From Piromyces finnis finn (taxonomy: Eukaryota > Fungi > Neocallimastigomycota), in contig MCFH01000052.1 of assembly GCA_002104945.1 (NCBI GenBank), positions 62,001-126,000 of the forward strand: DNA of 64,000 bases, written 5' to 3'. Within the stretch, counting starts at the first letter, position 1, and each line of letters begins with the position of its first letter. The position numbers were made by a program, and so were the translations under genes. Positions 35,956 through 47,379 of the stretch are shown in pieces. A model generated the notes under the pieces. It saw nothing but the letters and a program-made list of their open reading frames with translations. It was not told the DNA's origin and ran no database searches.

Positions 35956-38008
35956 ATGGCGGATATTAATGATTTTAATAAATACCGAAGAATGTCAGTT
36001 GAGTATTCTTCATCTAGTAAAGCGATGGATATGCTCAATGTTGGAGAAACCCCTCAACAACAATTAAGAAGAGGTTCAATGCCTCATATTCTTTATGGTG
36101 GAAATAAAAGTATTTGGAATAGTGATGGTAAGTTTTTTTTTTTAATAAACATATATCTATGGATAAAAAACTTGTATATTAAAGAAGTAAAGTGAAAAAA
36201 AAGATAGTGAGGTGAAAGAGAGTAGTAAAAAAAGAGAATAGCAATTCGATATTATCTTTATCCAACAACTACATGATGGAGTGGTAAAAAAAAACAAAAT
36301 TTAGTACGATAACACCAAAATGAAATCAAAAAAAAAGAGAAATGACCACTAACCCATTTTTTAAAAAAATAGAGTTTATTAAATAAATCAAAGATGTCTC
36401 ATTCCACCACTCCATAATCCTTTATTCACTAAACTATGGAAGCAAAAGTCATGGATGATGATGGAATTAAAAATTTTAAACTCTTAAAAATTAATGATTT
36501 AAAATGGTTAATTTAATAAATTTAATTTAATGAATAGTTAAATTAGCCAATCATCTTTTAGAAAATTTAATTAAATTACAAATTTGGAAATATAATTAAT
36601 TTTAAAAAATTGGAAAAAAAAAAAGTCAAAAATTTATAATTAGTCATCATTGACCAACATCAATATTTCATATGTAGGTTGGGTTAATAACTTATTATTC
36701 CATATAATATAATATAATATAATATTTTTATGATATAGATGACCAATGGAAAGCTGTTGGAAGTCCACCAAGAAGACCTTCTTTATCTGGAACTCTTGGT
36801 TACACCGTCACTAATAATAATACTATTCTTTCCCAAAATCTTAGAAACAATAATGGAGTACCATCAATTATCAAGGAAGATACCTCTGGTAGGAAAATTA
36901 AAAAAATAAATCATGTTTACAAAATATTTTTGATAATTTATATATATACTAATTAAAATTTTTTTTAAATTAAAAAAAAAAAAATGCTATTACACATTCT
37001 ACACCTATATAGAAAATGGTATGTCTTCCTTATTAACTCAAAATAATTCAAATAATGGAGTAAATATTCCACAAGGTTTATCTGGTCAATGGGATTCTTT
37101 GGCTAGTTCTTGGTCTGGTGGTTCTTCTATTTGGAAGAGTAGTTATCCAAATTCTGCTGGTTTAAATCAAACATCTTCCTTATTAAATAGTTCTTCATCT
37201 GGTAGAAATGACCCATTTCCATCTTTTTCTAATTCTTCTGGAATTCAACCACCAGCTCCACGTCAATATAGAAGTTTTTCAGTTTCTGTTGGTGCTTTAG
37301 GACCCGTGAGTGATAATTTTGGAAATTATTCATCTTCTAATGCAGCTGCAGCTGCAGCCGCTTTAACCTCTCAATTCCCATTATCTGAAAAGGATGAAAT
37401 TGAAAATGAAAGATTAAGTCACTTAAAATTAAATGACAGTAGAATTGATGAAACAGACGAAGTTAATGGCGATTTGGATATTTTAAGTGAATTAATGAAT
37501 AAATCTTCTGGATTAGGCGGATTAGATAGTCTTGGAAATACAAAAATTAGATCTCGTTCAAAATCTTCATCAGACACCTTTGGTATCATGAGTAATTATA
37601 ATATGAATAATACAGTACAAAATCATCAGAGATTCCATTCCCAAAAGAATTTCAATAACTATGTTATGGGTGGTGGTAGTAAGAATAATTTATCTTCAGC
37701 ATTCCTCAATAACAGTAGTATGGATATATTCTCTAGTGTTTTAAATAATAATAATAATAACAATAATACTTCAAATACAACAACAAGTACTGATTTACAA
37801 TCCAAGAGTTCCCTTTTATCCCCATTAATCACTAATAATAATAATAATGATAGTGCCTCCATTATCACCACATCTTCTATGACTCCTACTTCTCAATTAA
37901 ATAGTAACTTTTTACTTTCCGCAAATGATACAACTGCAATGAATACTGCATCATTATTAACAACTCCAACCACATCCTCTACAATTTCATCTACTAACCT
38001 TATTGCCC

Positions 38009-38043
<35 letters not shown>

Positions 38044-40128
38044 AATATGAAAAAATTGATGTTTTCAAATGTGAATATACCATCCACATTAGCTGATTCC
38101 AGTATGATGAATATGACTATGAATGACATGGCTCAAGCTAATGTAAACAATACAAATGGTGGCATGAATAATGTAAATATGCTTTCTAACCAATGGACTA
38201 ATAATACCGGTATTACTAGTACCACTTCATCGCCATTCCGCAATACCACTGAAAACCAATCTCTTGCTCATAAACGTTCCAACACTCAACCAGCCTATCC
38301 TATGTGGAATAGTAATAATAATAGTAGTAATAGTGCAACGGCGTCTAACGGCCAATTAAATAGCACCGAATCATCCTTTAATTCCCAAAATAATTTCATG
38401 CCAGGTATGAACTTGCCAAACCAACAATCAAGTCAACAAACTATGGGACAAATGAATGGTAATGTTATGCAAGGAAATGATTTCATGAACTCTAACAACA
38501 ACCCTAGCAATAACAGCGGTAACAACAATAATGGTAGCAACAACAACAACAACGGCAACAACAGCAATAATAACAATATTAATAGAATGCCTCAAGTTCA
38601 AAATTTTTCACAACAAAGAAACAACCGTTTCTATAACACCATGTTTAATGGAAACCAAAATGGTATGAATCAACCAATGTATCAACCCACCTTTGACCAA
38701 AACTTTACTGGCCATAATGACATGGACTTTATGATGCAACAACAATTTAGCATGAGAAGAAATAGTGATATGAGTATGAATACTATGATGCCTGGTATGT
38801 ATCAAAATATGCCAATGGGCATGAACATGGGTATGAACATGGGCATGAATAATAATGGTATGAATAATATGATGATGCAACATTATAACCGTGGCCATAA
38901 CATGATGATGATGAATGGTGACAACATGTATATAAATGATATTAATGACTACTTTGAAAACACAGAATATAGAACTCGCGCTTGGGTTGAAGCAGGTAAA
39001 AATTTACATCAAATGCAACAACAAAATGTCTACCATTGGCCATTATATGTTATTGAATTTAAGGCAGGTCGTACCGATTATTTCTATGTTCCAGAAAATA
39101 GTGGACTCACCATTAAGATTGGTGATTTAGTTATTGTTGAAGCTGATCGTGGTAAAGATCTTGGTAAAGTTATTGTTAATAATATTAAGAATTTGGCACA
39201 ACTTGTAGCTTATCATGCTGAACGTGGTAACCCACGTCATTTAATTATTGATGATGACATGAATAATAACAATGTTCCAAACATTCCAATTACATGGCCA
39301 AAGGGTCAAAATGGTGAAGGCGGCAGCGATAGTGACACTGGAAAATCTGAAACCAAAAAATCAGATGATACCACAGCAGATGCTGAAAAAGAAGAAACCG
39401 AAAAGAAGGAAGAAGGTGCTACAGGTGCCACAGACGGCAAGGATACCGCAAAGGAAGGTAATACCGAAGAGGAAAAGAAAGAAAAGAGTGGAGAAGAAGC
39501 CTTACAATTTCCAAAGGATATTCATCCAAAACGTATTTATCGTATGGCTCAACCAGCCGAAGTTAATATGTTGGTTCAAAAGAATACAGATGAAAACAGT
39601 TCTATGCTTCTTTGTCAGCAAAAGGTTAGACAAAGAAATATGCCAATGGAAGTTGTTGATGCTGAATATCAATGGGATAGAAGAAAGTTAACCTTTTATT
39701 TCGTTTCCGAAAGACGTATTGATTTCCGTGAATTAGTACGTGATCTTTTTAAGGTTTACAAAACTCGTATTTGGATGTGTGCTGTTTCCTCCTTGACCAC
39801 AATGAAGGCCTATCAAGCCTTTAACATTAATATTGTTAGTCCAAGTAATATGAATGAACAAACCATTGCACAACTTCAAAATATGACCATTGAAGATAAG
39901 AAGGAAGAAGAAAGCGATGCCTTTGGCGAATCTTTTATGGAAAAGAAATCACAAGGTGAAAGCGGTGATGCATTAAAGAAGAGTAGTGATGAAATCAAGG
40001 AAGAAATATCAAACCAAGTTGTAGCAGATATTCCATCAGAAATTAAGGATGTTACTACAAAGGTTCCAGTTCAAACACCAACTCCACCTCCATCTCTTCC
40101 ACCATCACAAGTTCAAACTCCAAAATAA
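35956..40128 (+). CDS. PSP1: PSP1 C-terminal-domain protein, 3 exons (35956-36127, 36739-36888, 37013-40128), 1145 aa, with an N/Q/M-rich low-complexity region
   Basis: Domain motifs YVIEFKAGRTDYFY, GDLVIVEADRGKDLGKV and MEVVDAEYQWDRRKLTFYF...IDFRELVRDLFKVYKTRIWM. GT-AG introns (gtaagt...atag, gtagga...atag), both phase 1, join into one open frame. Confidence 0.85.
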
Positions 40129-40409
40129 ATTTATGTAAAATGAGAGGGGAGAAAGAAAAAAGAAAAAACAAACACAACAAACATATCCACACGCCTACCA
40201 TTTATATATATACATTTTTTTAAAAAAAAAAAGGAGATATATACCTATATATATAGAATTCATGATGATATAATAATATAAATATATAAAAGAGATTTTA
40301 TTTTATTATAATTTTTTTTATACATCCTTTTTTTTAAAAAGAAATCCAATTTTTTTTTTTTTTTGAATAAATTTATAATTTTTTTTTTAGATACTATTTT
40401 TTTTTAATT

Positions 40410-40444
<35 letters not shown>

Positions 40445-41052
40445 ATATAAAAAAATTAACTTTTTCATTCATTTTTTTTTTTTAAATGCTTTTTACTTCT
40501 TTTTAATTATGGTAAACTTTTTTTTTTAATAATAGTACTCTATATGTAATATTATATTTTTATTATTTAGAAGTATTAGAAGAAATAACTATATTATAAA
40601 GTTTTATATAAACTAAAAAAAAAAAAAAACATGTTTAATTCCAAGCCATTCTTTTCTATTATTATTTTATTATCAATTATTGTATTTAGGAAGATGAATT
40701 ATTATTTTAAAATTTTAATTTTTTTTTCCCCATATTCTCTTTTCCAATTAATGGAAAGGAAAGTCAAAAGGGTTCAAAAAAAAAAAAAAAAAAAAGGTTT
40801 TAAAAAATGATAATGAATCTATTATGAACTAATTATTATTATAATTAATAATTTCAAAATAAATAATAAATAAAAATAAATATAAAATATAAAATAGTAA
40901 ATCTTTGAAAGAAATATTAATAATATAATTTTTATATAATTTTTATATAATTTGTTTTTTTATCTCTTACAACGTTTATATAATTAAATAAGACAAAGGA
41001 TTTATTGTAGTAAAAGAAATGAATATATAAATATATACTAAGAATGCTGTTT

Positions 41053-41299
41053 CCCTCTTGGGAACGTGCCTTCATTTATTTAATAAATGTAGTTTCTCAA
41101 GGGGGTCTACTCATGCTCATGGTACTGAGAGAGTAGAAAGAATTAAATCCAAGTATTGCGCAATGGATGCTTGGTGCCCTCTTGGAAACGTGCCTTCATT
41201 TATTTAATAAATGTAGTTTCTCAAGGGGGTCTACTCATGCTCATGGTACTGAGAGAGTAGGAAGAATTAAATCCAAGTATTGCGCAATGGATGCTTGGT
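41053..41299 (+). repeat. Two tandem 124-bp monomers at the 5' end of the LINE
   Basis: CCCTCTTGG(G/A)AACGTGCC...GGATGCTTGGT starts at 41053 and 41177. A fragment GCTCATGGTACTGAG recurs at 41330. Confidence 0.92.
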
Positions 41300-41952
41300 T
41301 AGTCTTTAAGGGAAAATTATTAGGACTAAGCTCATGGTACTGAGCGATTAAAAAACATTTATCCATCGAATTTAAGTATTTGATGAATAAGTTGAATGTT
41401 TGATATTCAGGTAAGTTTGTATAGTATTTAATTAGAAGAGTAATACATTTTGTTGCTGTATTTTTTCTTTTATTCATGTATTCTTGTAGTACTACTCTTC
41501 TCTTGTAAGAATCCAATGTAGTCAACTTTAGCATTTGCATTGTATTTTTATATTCATGTAGCTATTGTTGTATTGTTTCTTGTAAGAGACTGATTCACTC
41601 TACATCATGTAAAAATACTATTCACAAGCTTTCTGGTGTCGACATTCTTGATTCAAATTTTTTACCAATTTAAATATTTAATGAAAAGTAAAGTCAAACA
41701 AGTTTAGTGTCAAAAAGCGAATCGAATTTACTAACAACAAACCAAAACTAGAATTTTTAAAAAAAGTTAACAACTAGAATTCAAAAAAAAAAAAAAAAAA
41801 GAAACTTTAAACAAAGCATCGTAACAATTTTTGTACTATCCAGTACTTTTAAGAAGAGAGAGAGAGACAGATTTTTTTCCATATACGTTATATTTATAAT
41901 TTTTATTAGTATTTATTTTATATTCAAAATTTATTAATTAGAATTAATTATC

Positions 41953-44900
41953 ATGTCAGTCCTTTATATTAAAGATAAGAATTATATCAGACGTGGTACC
42001 CGGTCTTATGGTATCCCCTTAGATGATATTCGCTCCTTCTTTATCCGTGGTATTCGATCATGGTCAGTAAATATGCTATGGGAAAAACTCGAGGTTATTC
42101 TAGAAGATAAATTTAATTCAGTTATTAGTGTTAAATATTTTCAGACTTTCAATGATCACTTTTTCTTAGTCAAGGTTCATGGTTCATCGAAAGATTGTAT
42201 TAAAATCTTACACATGTTAAAGAAGAAACTTTCAGTTACCTCAATTTCCTTTTCAGCTCGTAGTAGAAGGAACCACAAATACACTTTTTTCACACTCAAA
42301 CGTAAAATTTTAGTTTCTAATAAACATCAACTTTCAATTCAACAATCACTTCAACAATCAGTTCAACAATCAGTTCAACAATCTCATCAACAATCAGTTC
42401 AACAATCTCATCAACAATCCGATCTTCAACAAGATCTTCAACAGGATCTTCAACAAGTTTCCCATCATGAAAATATTCCAGATCTACAGCAAACACAATT
42501 TCAATCTCAACATTCAACAATTAATTCTAATAGCTCTATCAACTCTGCTAACAGTTCAATAGTTGATAGTTCTTCAGTATCACAGCCATCTAGTAATAGT
42601 TCTACTTATTCCTCTGATGCATCATCCATTAATAATGATGACCTTGATAATAATAATAATAGCAACGATTCTTCCTCATCCAACAAGCCTGATAACTTTT
42701 CTTTTTGTCTTAGTTGGAACACCAATGGGTGGAATCATGAAAAGAGAGATAGTATTAGCTATTTCACAGCTATTTTCAAACCATTATTCTTATGTTTCCA
42801 AGAAACTGGTAATGGTTCTGGTTCGAATACAGATTATCCTTGTCGTGTTACTTTGCGAAACTATAGACACTTTTTCAAGAAAGCTGACGAATCAGTTCCT
42901 GGAATGAGAGGTTTATATTTAGGTTTTCACAATTCGTGTCAAGCCTCACTTGAAAACTTCTCTGGAAAGTATATTATTTCTATTTATACTTTTAGTCTTT
43001 GGAATAGATTCAAATGCTCGATTGGAAATGTTTATATGCCTCATAGTCATCACAACATCTATGTTGATCATGCAAAGTTAGAAGTTCGCTTGTGGTTACA
43101 AACTCATTCATCCCATCCATCGATTCTTGTTGGTGATTTTAATATGTCTAAAGTAAAATTATCCAACTGGTTATCAACTAATAGATTAGGAGATTGGGAG
43201 ATTCTTCTGCTTAGAGGGTCTACTATCTCTTGGACTCGAGGTGAACAATCTTCCGACATTGACCATGCTCTTATCAATTTGAAGATGAAAGATCTTATTC
43301 ACTCAGGATCATTTATAAATAATTTTTATCCTGTATCAGACCATAAGCCACTTTTTATTAATGGTAAAATTATTCCTATGGAAGATTTTTCTAATGACTT
43401 TAATGTTCCTAAGAAAATTATGAAATGGAATAGATTAAAATGTATTGAGGAAAAGGAATCTATTCTCAGTCATAATAAATTCCAAATTCTTTCAGCAAAA
43501 TTCAACGATCCTAATGTTTCTACAGATGAACTTTCCAAAGAGTTTACTTCAACTGCTTTTTCAATTGCAGACGAGCTCAGTATTACCTCAGCAAATAATG
43601 TTATAAAGTCTTCATTTCATATTTCACAACAAATTTTTAATCTCCAAAAAATCAAAATGAAGTTGTATAAGAGATTTAAAAAAGAAAGAATTTATGATAT
43701 AGATGAATTTATTAAAAGAATTAAAATCTACCGTAAGCTCATTGATTACATCCACAAAAGATGTAATGAATTTAGGAAACAAGAATATCTTCATTGGATT
43801 AAAACAGGATGTGAGTATATGAAGAGTCATAATCCTAAGAAGGCCTGGAAATGGATCAAGAAAACTGCAAAAATTGGAAAAGATTCTTTCTTTATTGCTC
43901 AACCAATTAAAAACAAAAATGGAGAATTAGTTGTTGCTACGGAAGAACAACTAGATGTGTGGCATGATCATTTCGAAAATCTTGCATCAGATCCAAGTGG
44001 TGTAAGTCTTGATTTAGAGCATTGGTATGAAGAACCAATGAATAAACGTTTTTCACTTCCTATGCTTGATGAATGGGATATCAACCAAGATATTAGTATT
44101 GATGAAGTCAAGTCAGCTATCCTCTCTACTCCAAATTATAAAGCATCAGGTCCGGATGGTATTCCAATTGAATTTTACAAAGCATTAATTCCATCAAGTA
44201 ATGATTCTAATAATGCTACAGATAATAATTCTTCCGGTAATACTACTTCAGATAATGATGCTCATGGTTTAAATTTTATTCTTAAATTATTCAACCGTAT
44301 TTGGGATGGAGACTTTCCCAACTCATGGAATGAATCCAGTATTGTTTCTATTCCTAAGAAGGGAGATTTGACAGATTGTGATAACTATCGAGGTATATCA
44401 CTTATCAATAATGGTATTAAGTTGATTTCCAAAATTGTCACCACTAGAATTTCAGAATATGGTTTAAAGAATAATTTCATTAGACCTGAACAATTTGGTT
44501 TTCGAAAAAAGGAAGAAAGTATCAGTCTTTTCATTTCAATCCAAGAAATATGCCGTAGACGTCAATTAGATAATAAAGAGACATATTTGGCCTTTTTAGA
44601 TCTCAGGAAAGCATACGATTCAGTCCCAATCGGTAATATTCTCCATAAATTAGATTGTTTAGGAATCCGAGGTAAGAGTTTACAATTCATCAAAAATTTA
44701 TATTTAACATCTAAGGCTAATGTCAAATTAGATGGACAATTCTCGAAATCTTTTGATGTGAAGAAAGGAGTCCGTCAAGGATGCCCTCTTTCTCCTATTC
44801 TCTTTAATCTCTTTATTAATGATATATTTAAAGAGTGTGAAGATCTCGGAGTCAGTTTAGGTGACACTCGATGCTGTGGTGGACTTTTTGCAGATGATAT

Positions 44901-46512
44901 AGTTATTTGTGCTCCAACAAGAGGATGCTTAAAAAAGATGCTTAGAAGAGTTAATGAATGGGCCTTGTATAATGAAATGGAATTTGGTATCCAGAAATGT
45001 TCAACGATGGTGATTCGTCCTGAATCAATAGAAAATCAGAACAAGAGAGATCCAACATTTTACTTAGCAGGACAACCCATTCCAACTACTGATTGCTATA
45101 CTTATCTTGGTGTTCCATTTGATAAGAATTTGTCCCTTAAACCAGTAATTAAAGCTCTTAATAACAAGGTTTTGAAAGGGCTTTTCTCAGTCAGTAAATT
45201 CTTAAGAAATCCTAATATTCCTATTCCTTTCAAAAAGCTAGTACTTAACTCACAAGTGATTAGCAGAGTTTCATACTTTGCACCATTACTTGGATCCAAC
45301 AAAGCTAGGTCTAGGATTGCTCAGAAGCATGTTAACAAAGGAATACGATGGATTGCTGGAGTTCATAAAGCTGTATCGTTTATATCTCTATACTCTATTT
45401 CAAAAGATTTGAATATTCCTCCATTGTCAGCAAAATGTGCGTTAGCTCAGGTTAGATGTTTTAACAAATGGAAAAACTCAAATTGTATTATCTCACACCT
45501 TGTCAATTACATTCCTAAATTTAGAAAATACACGTGGTGCAAATCAAGTAGGACACTTGATAAAAAACTAAAGAAGCATGGAGATGTTAAAGCAGTTAAA
45601 AACTTTTATTGGAAAGATCTCAAAGGGAATTCAATCAAAGCGCAATATTATGATGATAATAAATTTAGTGAAACTAAAGATTTTATTAAATTATGTTATG
45701 AGTACCCAGAGTTTGCCTATGGCTTCTACTGGCTATTGAAAGCAAGAAGCGGATACAAGTTGGATGCTAGAGTTGCCAAAGCTGCTAAATTTGTTGATCC
45801 AGTTTGTCCTAACTACTGTCCATGTTGCAAGTGTGGAGATCAAAGTATTAAACATTGGTTATTAGATTGTCCAACATTTAGAGATATCCGTATTAAACAT
45901 TATGATTCTATAATCCAGCTATTAAATTTTTTCAGTCAACGTAATTCCAATAGTCCTATCAATAATAATGAAAATGTTAATATCAGCAGAGATAGCAATA
46001 ACAGTAATAGTAATAGTAATAATATTAATAATAACAATAGTAATAATAACAATAGTAATAATAACAATAGTAATAATAACAATAGTAATAATAACAATAG
46101 TAATAATAACAATATTAGTAATAGAAATAATAATATTAGTAATGATAATTTAGTTAATGAAAGTAATAGTTCTAATAATCCGGTGAATATTAATGTGTAT
46201 GATTATTCTAGTGTGTGCAGTAAAATATTTAAATTCCTTCTTGGGGGAAGAAGTTTTAACAATATTAATTACAATTCAAGGGAATGGAAAGAACTTTGTA
46301 AGCGTCAGATTCATTCTGGTACTAACGAAGGAACACCATTCTTGACGGTAACCGCGGAACTTCTAACCAAAATCATGCCTTTTGCTATTGGCCAGCAATG
46401 GTCAATGTTCCAAAGGTTTGAAGCAACATCCAAGAGCGTCAATGCTGAAGAAACAGTAAGACAGGCCAGGAGGGCCAGCGCAACCAATGGAGATCATAAT
46501 TTTGTTCCATGA
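41953..46512 (+). CDS. LINE polyprotein, 1519 aa: N-terminal extension, apurinic-type endonuclease, reverse transcriptase, CCHC zinc knuckle
   Basis: APE motifs WNTNG, FQET, GDFN, IDH, SDH. RT motifs GPDGIP, NYRGISL, QFGFR, FLDLRKAYDSV, GVRQGCPLSPILFN, LFADD, YTYLG. C-terminal CPCCKCGDQSIKHWLLDC. Confidence 0.95.
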   Translation: MSVLYIKDKNYIRRGTRSYGIPLDDIRSFFIRGIRSWSVNMLWEKLEVILEDKFNSVISVKYFQTFNDHFFLVKVHGSSKDCIKILHMLKKKLSVTSISFSARSRRNHKYTFFTLKRKILVSNKHQLSIQQSLQQSVQQSVQQSHQQSVQQSHQQSDLQQDLQQDLQQVSHHENIPDLQQTQFQSQHSTINSNSSINSANSSIVDSSSVSQPSSNSSTYSSDASSINNDDLDNNNNSNDSSSSNKPDNFSFCLSWNTNGWNHEKRDSISYFTAIFKPLFLCFQETGNGSGSNTDYPCRVTLRNYRHFFKKADESVPGMRGLYLGFHNSCQASLENFSGKYIISIYTFSLWNRFKCSIGNVYMPHSHHNIYVDHAKLEVRLWLQTHSSHPSILVGDFNMSKVKLSNWLSTNRLGDWEILLLRGSTISWTRGEQSSDIDHALINLKMKDLIHSGSFINNFYPVSDHKPLFINGKIIPMEDFSNDFNVPKKIMKWNRLKCIEEKESILSHNKFQILSAKFNDPNVSTDELSKEFTSTAFSIADELSITSANNVIKSSFHISQQIFNLQKIKMKLYKRFKKERIYDIDEFIKRIKIYRKLIDYIHKRCNEFRKQEYLHWIKTGCEYMKSHNPKKAWKWIKKTAKIGKDSFFIAQPIKNKNGELVVATEEQLDVWHDHFENLASDPSGVSLDLEHWYEEPMNKRFSLPMLDEWDINQDISIDEVKSAILSTPNYKASGPDGIPIEFYKALIPSSNDSNNATDNNSSGNTTSDNDAHGLNFILKLFNRIWDGDFPNSWNESSIVSIPKKGDLTDCDNYRGISLINNGIKLISKIVTTRISEYGLKNNFIRPEQFGFRKKEESISLFISIQEICRRRQLDNKETYLAFLDLRKAYDSVPIGNILHKLDCLGIRGKSLQFIKNLYLTSKANVKLDGQFSKSFDVKKGVRQGCPLSPILFNLFINDIFKECEDLGVSLGDTRCCGGLFADDIVICAPTRGCLKKMLRRVNEWALYNEMEFGIQKCSTMVIRPESIENQNKRDPTFYLAGQPIPTTDCYTYLGVPFDKNLSLKPVIKALNNKVLKGLFSVSKFLRNPNIPIPFKKLVLNSQVISRVSYFAPLLGSNKARSRIAQKHVNKGIRWIAGVHKAVSFISLYSISKDLNIPPLSAKCALAQVRCFNKWKNSNCIISHLVNYIPKFRKYTWCKSSRTLDKKLKKHGDVKAVKNFYWKDLKGNSIKAQYYDDNKFSETKDFIKLCYEYPEFAYGFYWLLKARSGYKLDARVAKAAKFVDPVCPNYCPCCKCGDQSIKHWLLDCPTFRDIRIKHYDSIIQLLNFFSQRNSNSPINNNENVNISRDSNNSNSNSNNINNNNSNNNNSNNNNSNNNNSNNNNSNNNNISNRNNNISNDNLVNESNSSNNPVNINVYDYSSVCSKIFKFLLGGRSFNNINYNSREWKELCKRQIHSGTNEGTPFLTVTAELLTKIMPFAIGQQWSMFQRFEATSKSVNAEETVRQARRASATNGDHNFVP

Positions 46513-46754
46513 CAAAATTTTGATCTTTGGCTCGGTGTCCCATTTGAAGTCAAATACAATTATTATACTTTAGTATGATAGTGGCTTTCTTACTTTAATT
46601 AAAATTACTAGAATACATTATACCCAATTTTTATTCATTTGTGTTTATTTAAACCTATTTTTTTTTATATTTTTTATTTTTATTTTTAATTTTTTATATT
46701 ACATGTATTATAATTTTAATTAAATTAATAATAAAGTTTAAAATATTTGATGCC

Positions 46755-46788
<34 letters not shown>

Positions 46789-47379
46789 ATGCTGTTTATA
46801 AATTAATAGAAACTAGGTATATAACAGTTTTAAACAATAAATGAAATATTAAAACATTTTTTTAAAAAAAAAAAATAGTTATAAATTCTGATTGTTAAAG
46901 TAGGTTATTACGATTTTAATTTATTTTATTTTTTTTTTTTTTGTAATTTTTATTTTATTTTTAATATTGTATTTTTTTTTATTTTTATTAAAAACTAGTA
47001 TTTACTATTAAAAAAATGATATTGCTTTAGTGGTAAAAAATTTTAAGTAATATAACATCAATGTAATATAACATCATTTTTCGTTCTACCCATTGCTTGG
47101 TTTGAGATTTATACATAATGGTTGAATTGTATTTGTATAAAGGATACCTACCCAGAAAGATACAACATTAGACTAATTGTTTGATGAGAGTGTCCAAGTT
47201 GAAAGGTTAATTCAAAAAAAAAAAAAAAAAAAAAAATGTCAATGCACAATCAAATGAAAATAATAATCTACAACGAATTATCACTTAGAAATCTAGGAAT
47301 GGAATGGAATGTAATATCGGAAGAGTTCAAAGTTCTTTCATCCACTTTACTCATTATGTAGCTTTTTCTTATTAAATAG

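Larger units (their letters stand above)
41053..46786 (+). mobile_element. Apparently full-length non-LTR (LINE-type) retrotransposon with poly(A) tail and 13-bp target-site duplication
   Basis: AAGAATGCTGTTT at 41040-41052 and 46785-46797 flanks the element. Poly(A) at 46758-46786, AATAAA at 46730, and one intact APE-RT ORF. Confidence 0.9.

Noticed and set aside
41053-41299. Hammerhead or HDV ribozyme call for the LINE monomers
   Set aside because: No CUGANGA/GAAA core on either strand and no complete nested pseudoknot could be assigned by eye; left as a test, not a feature.
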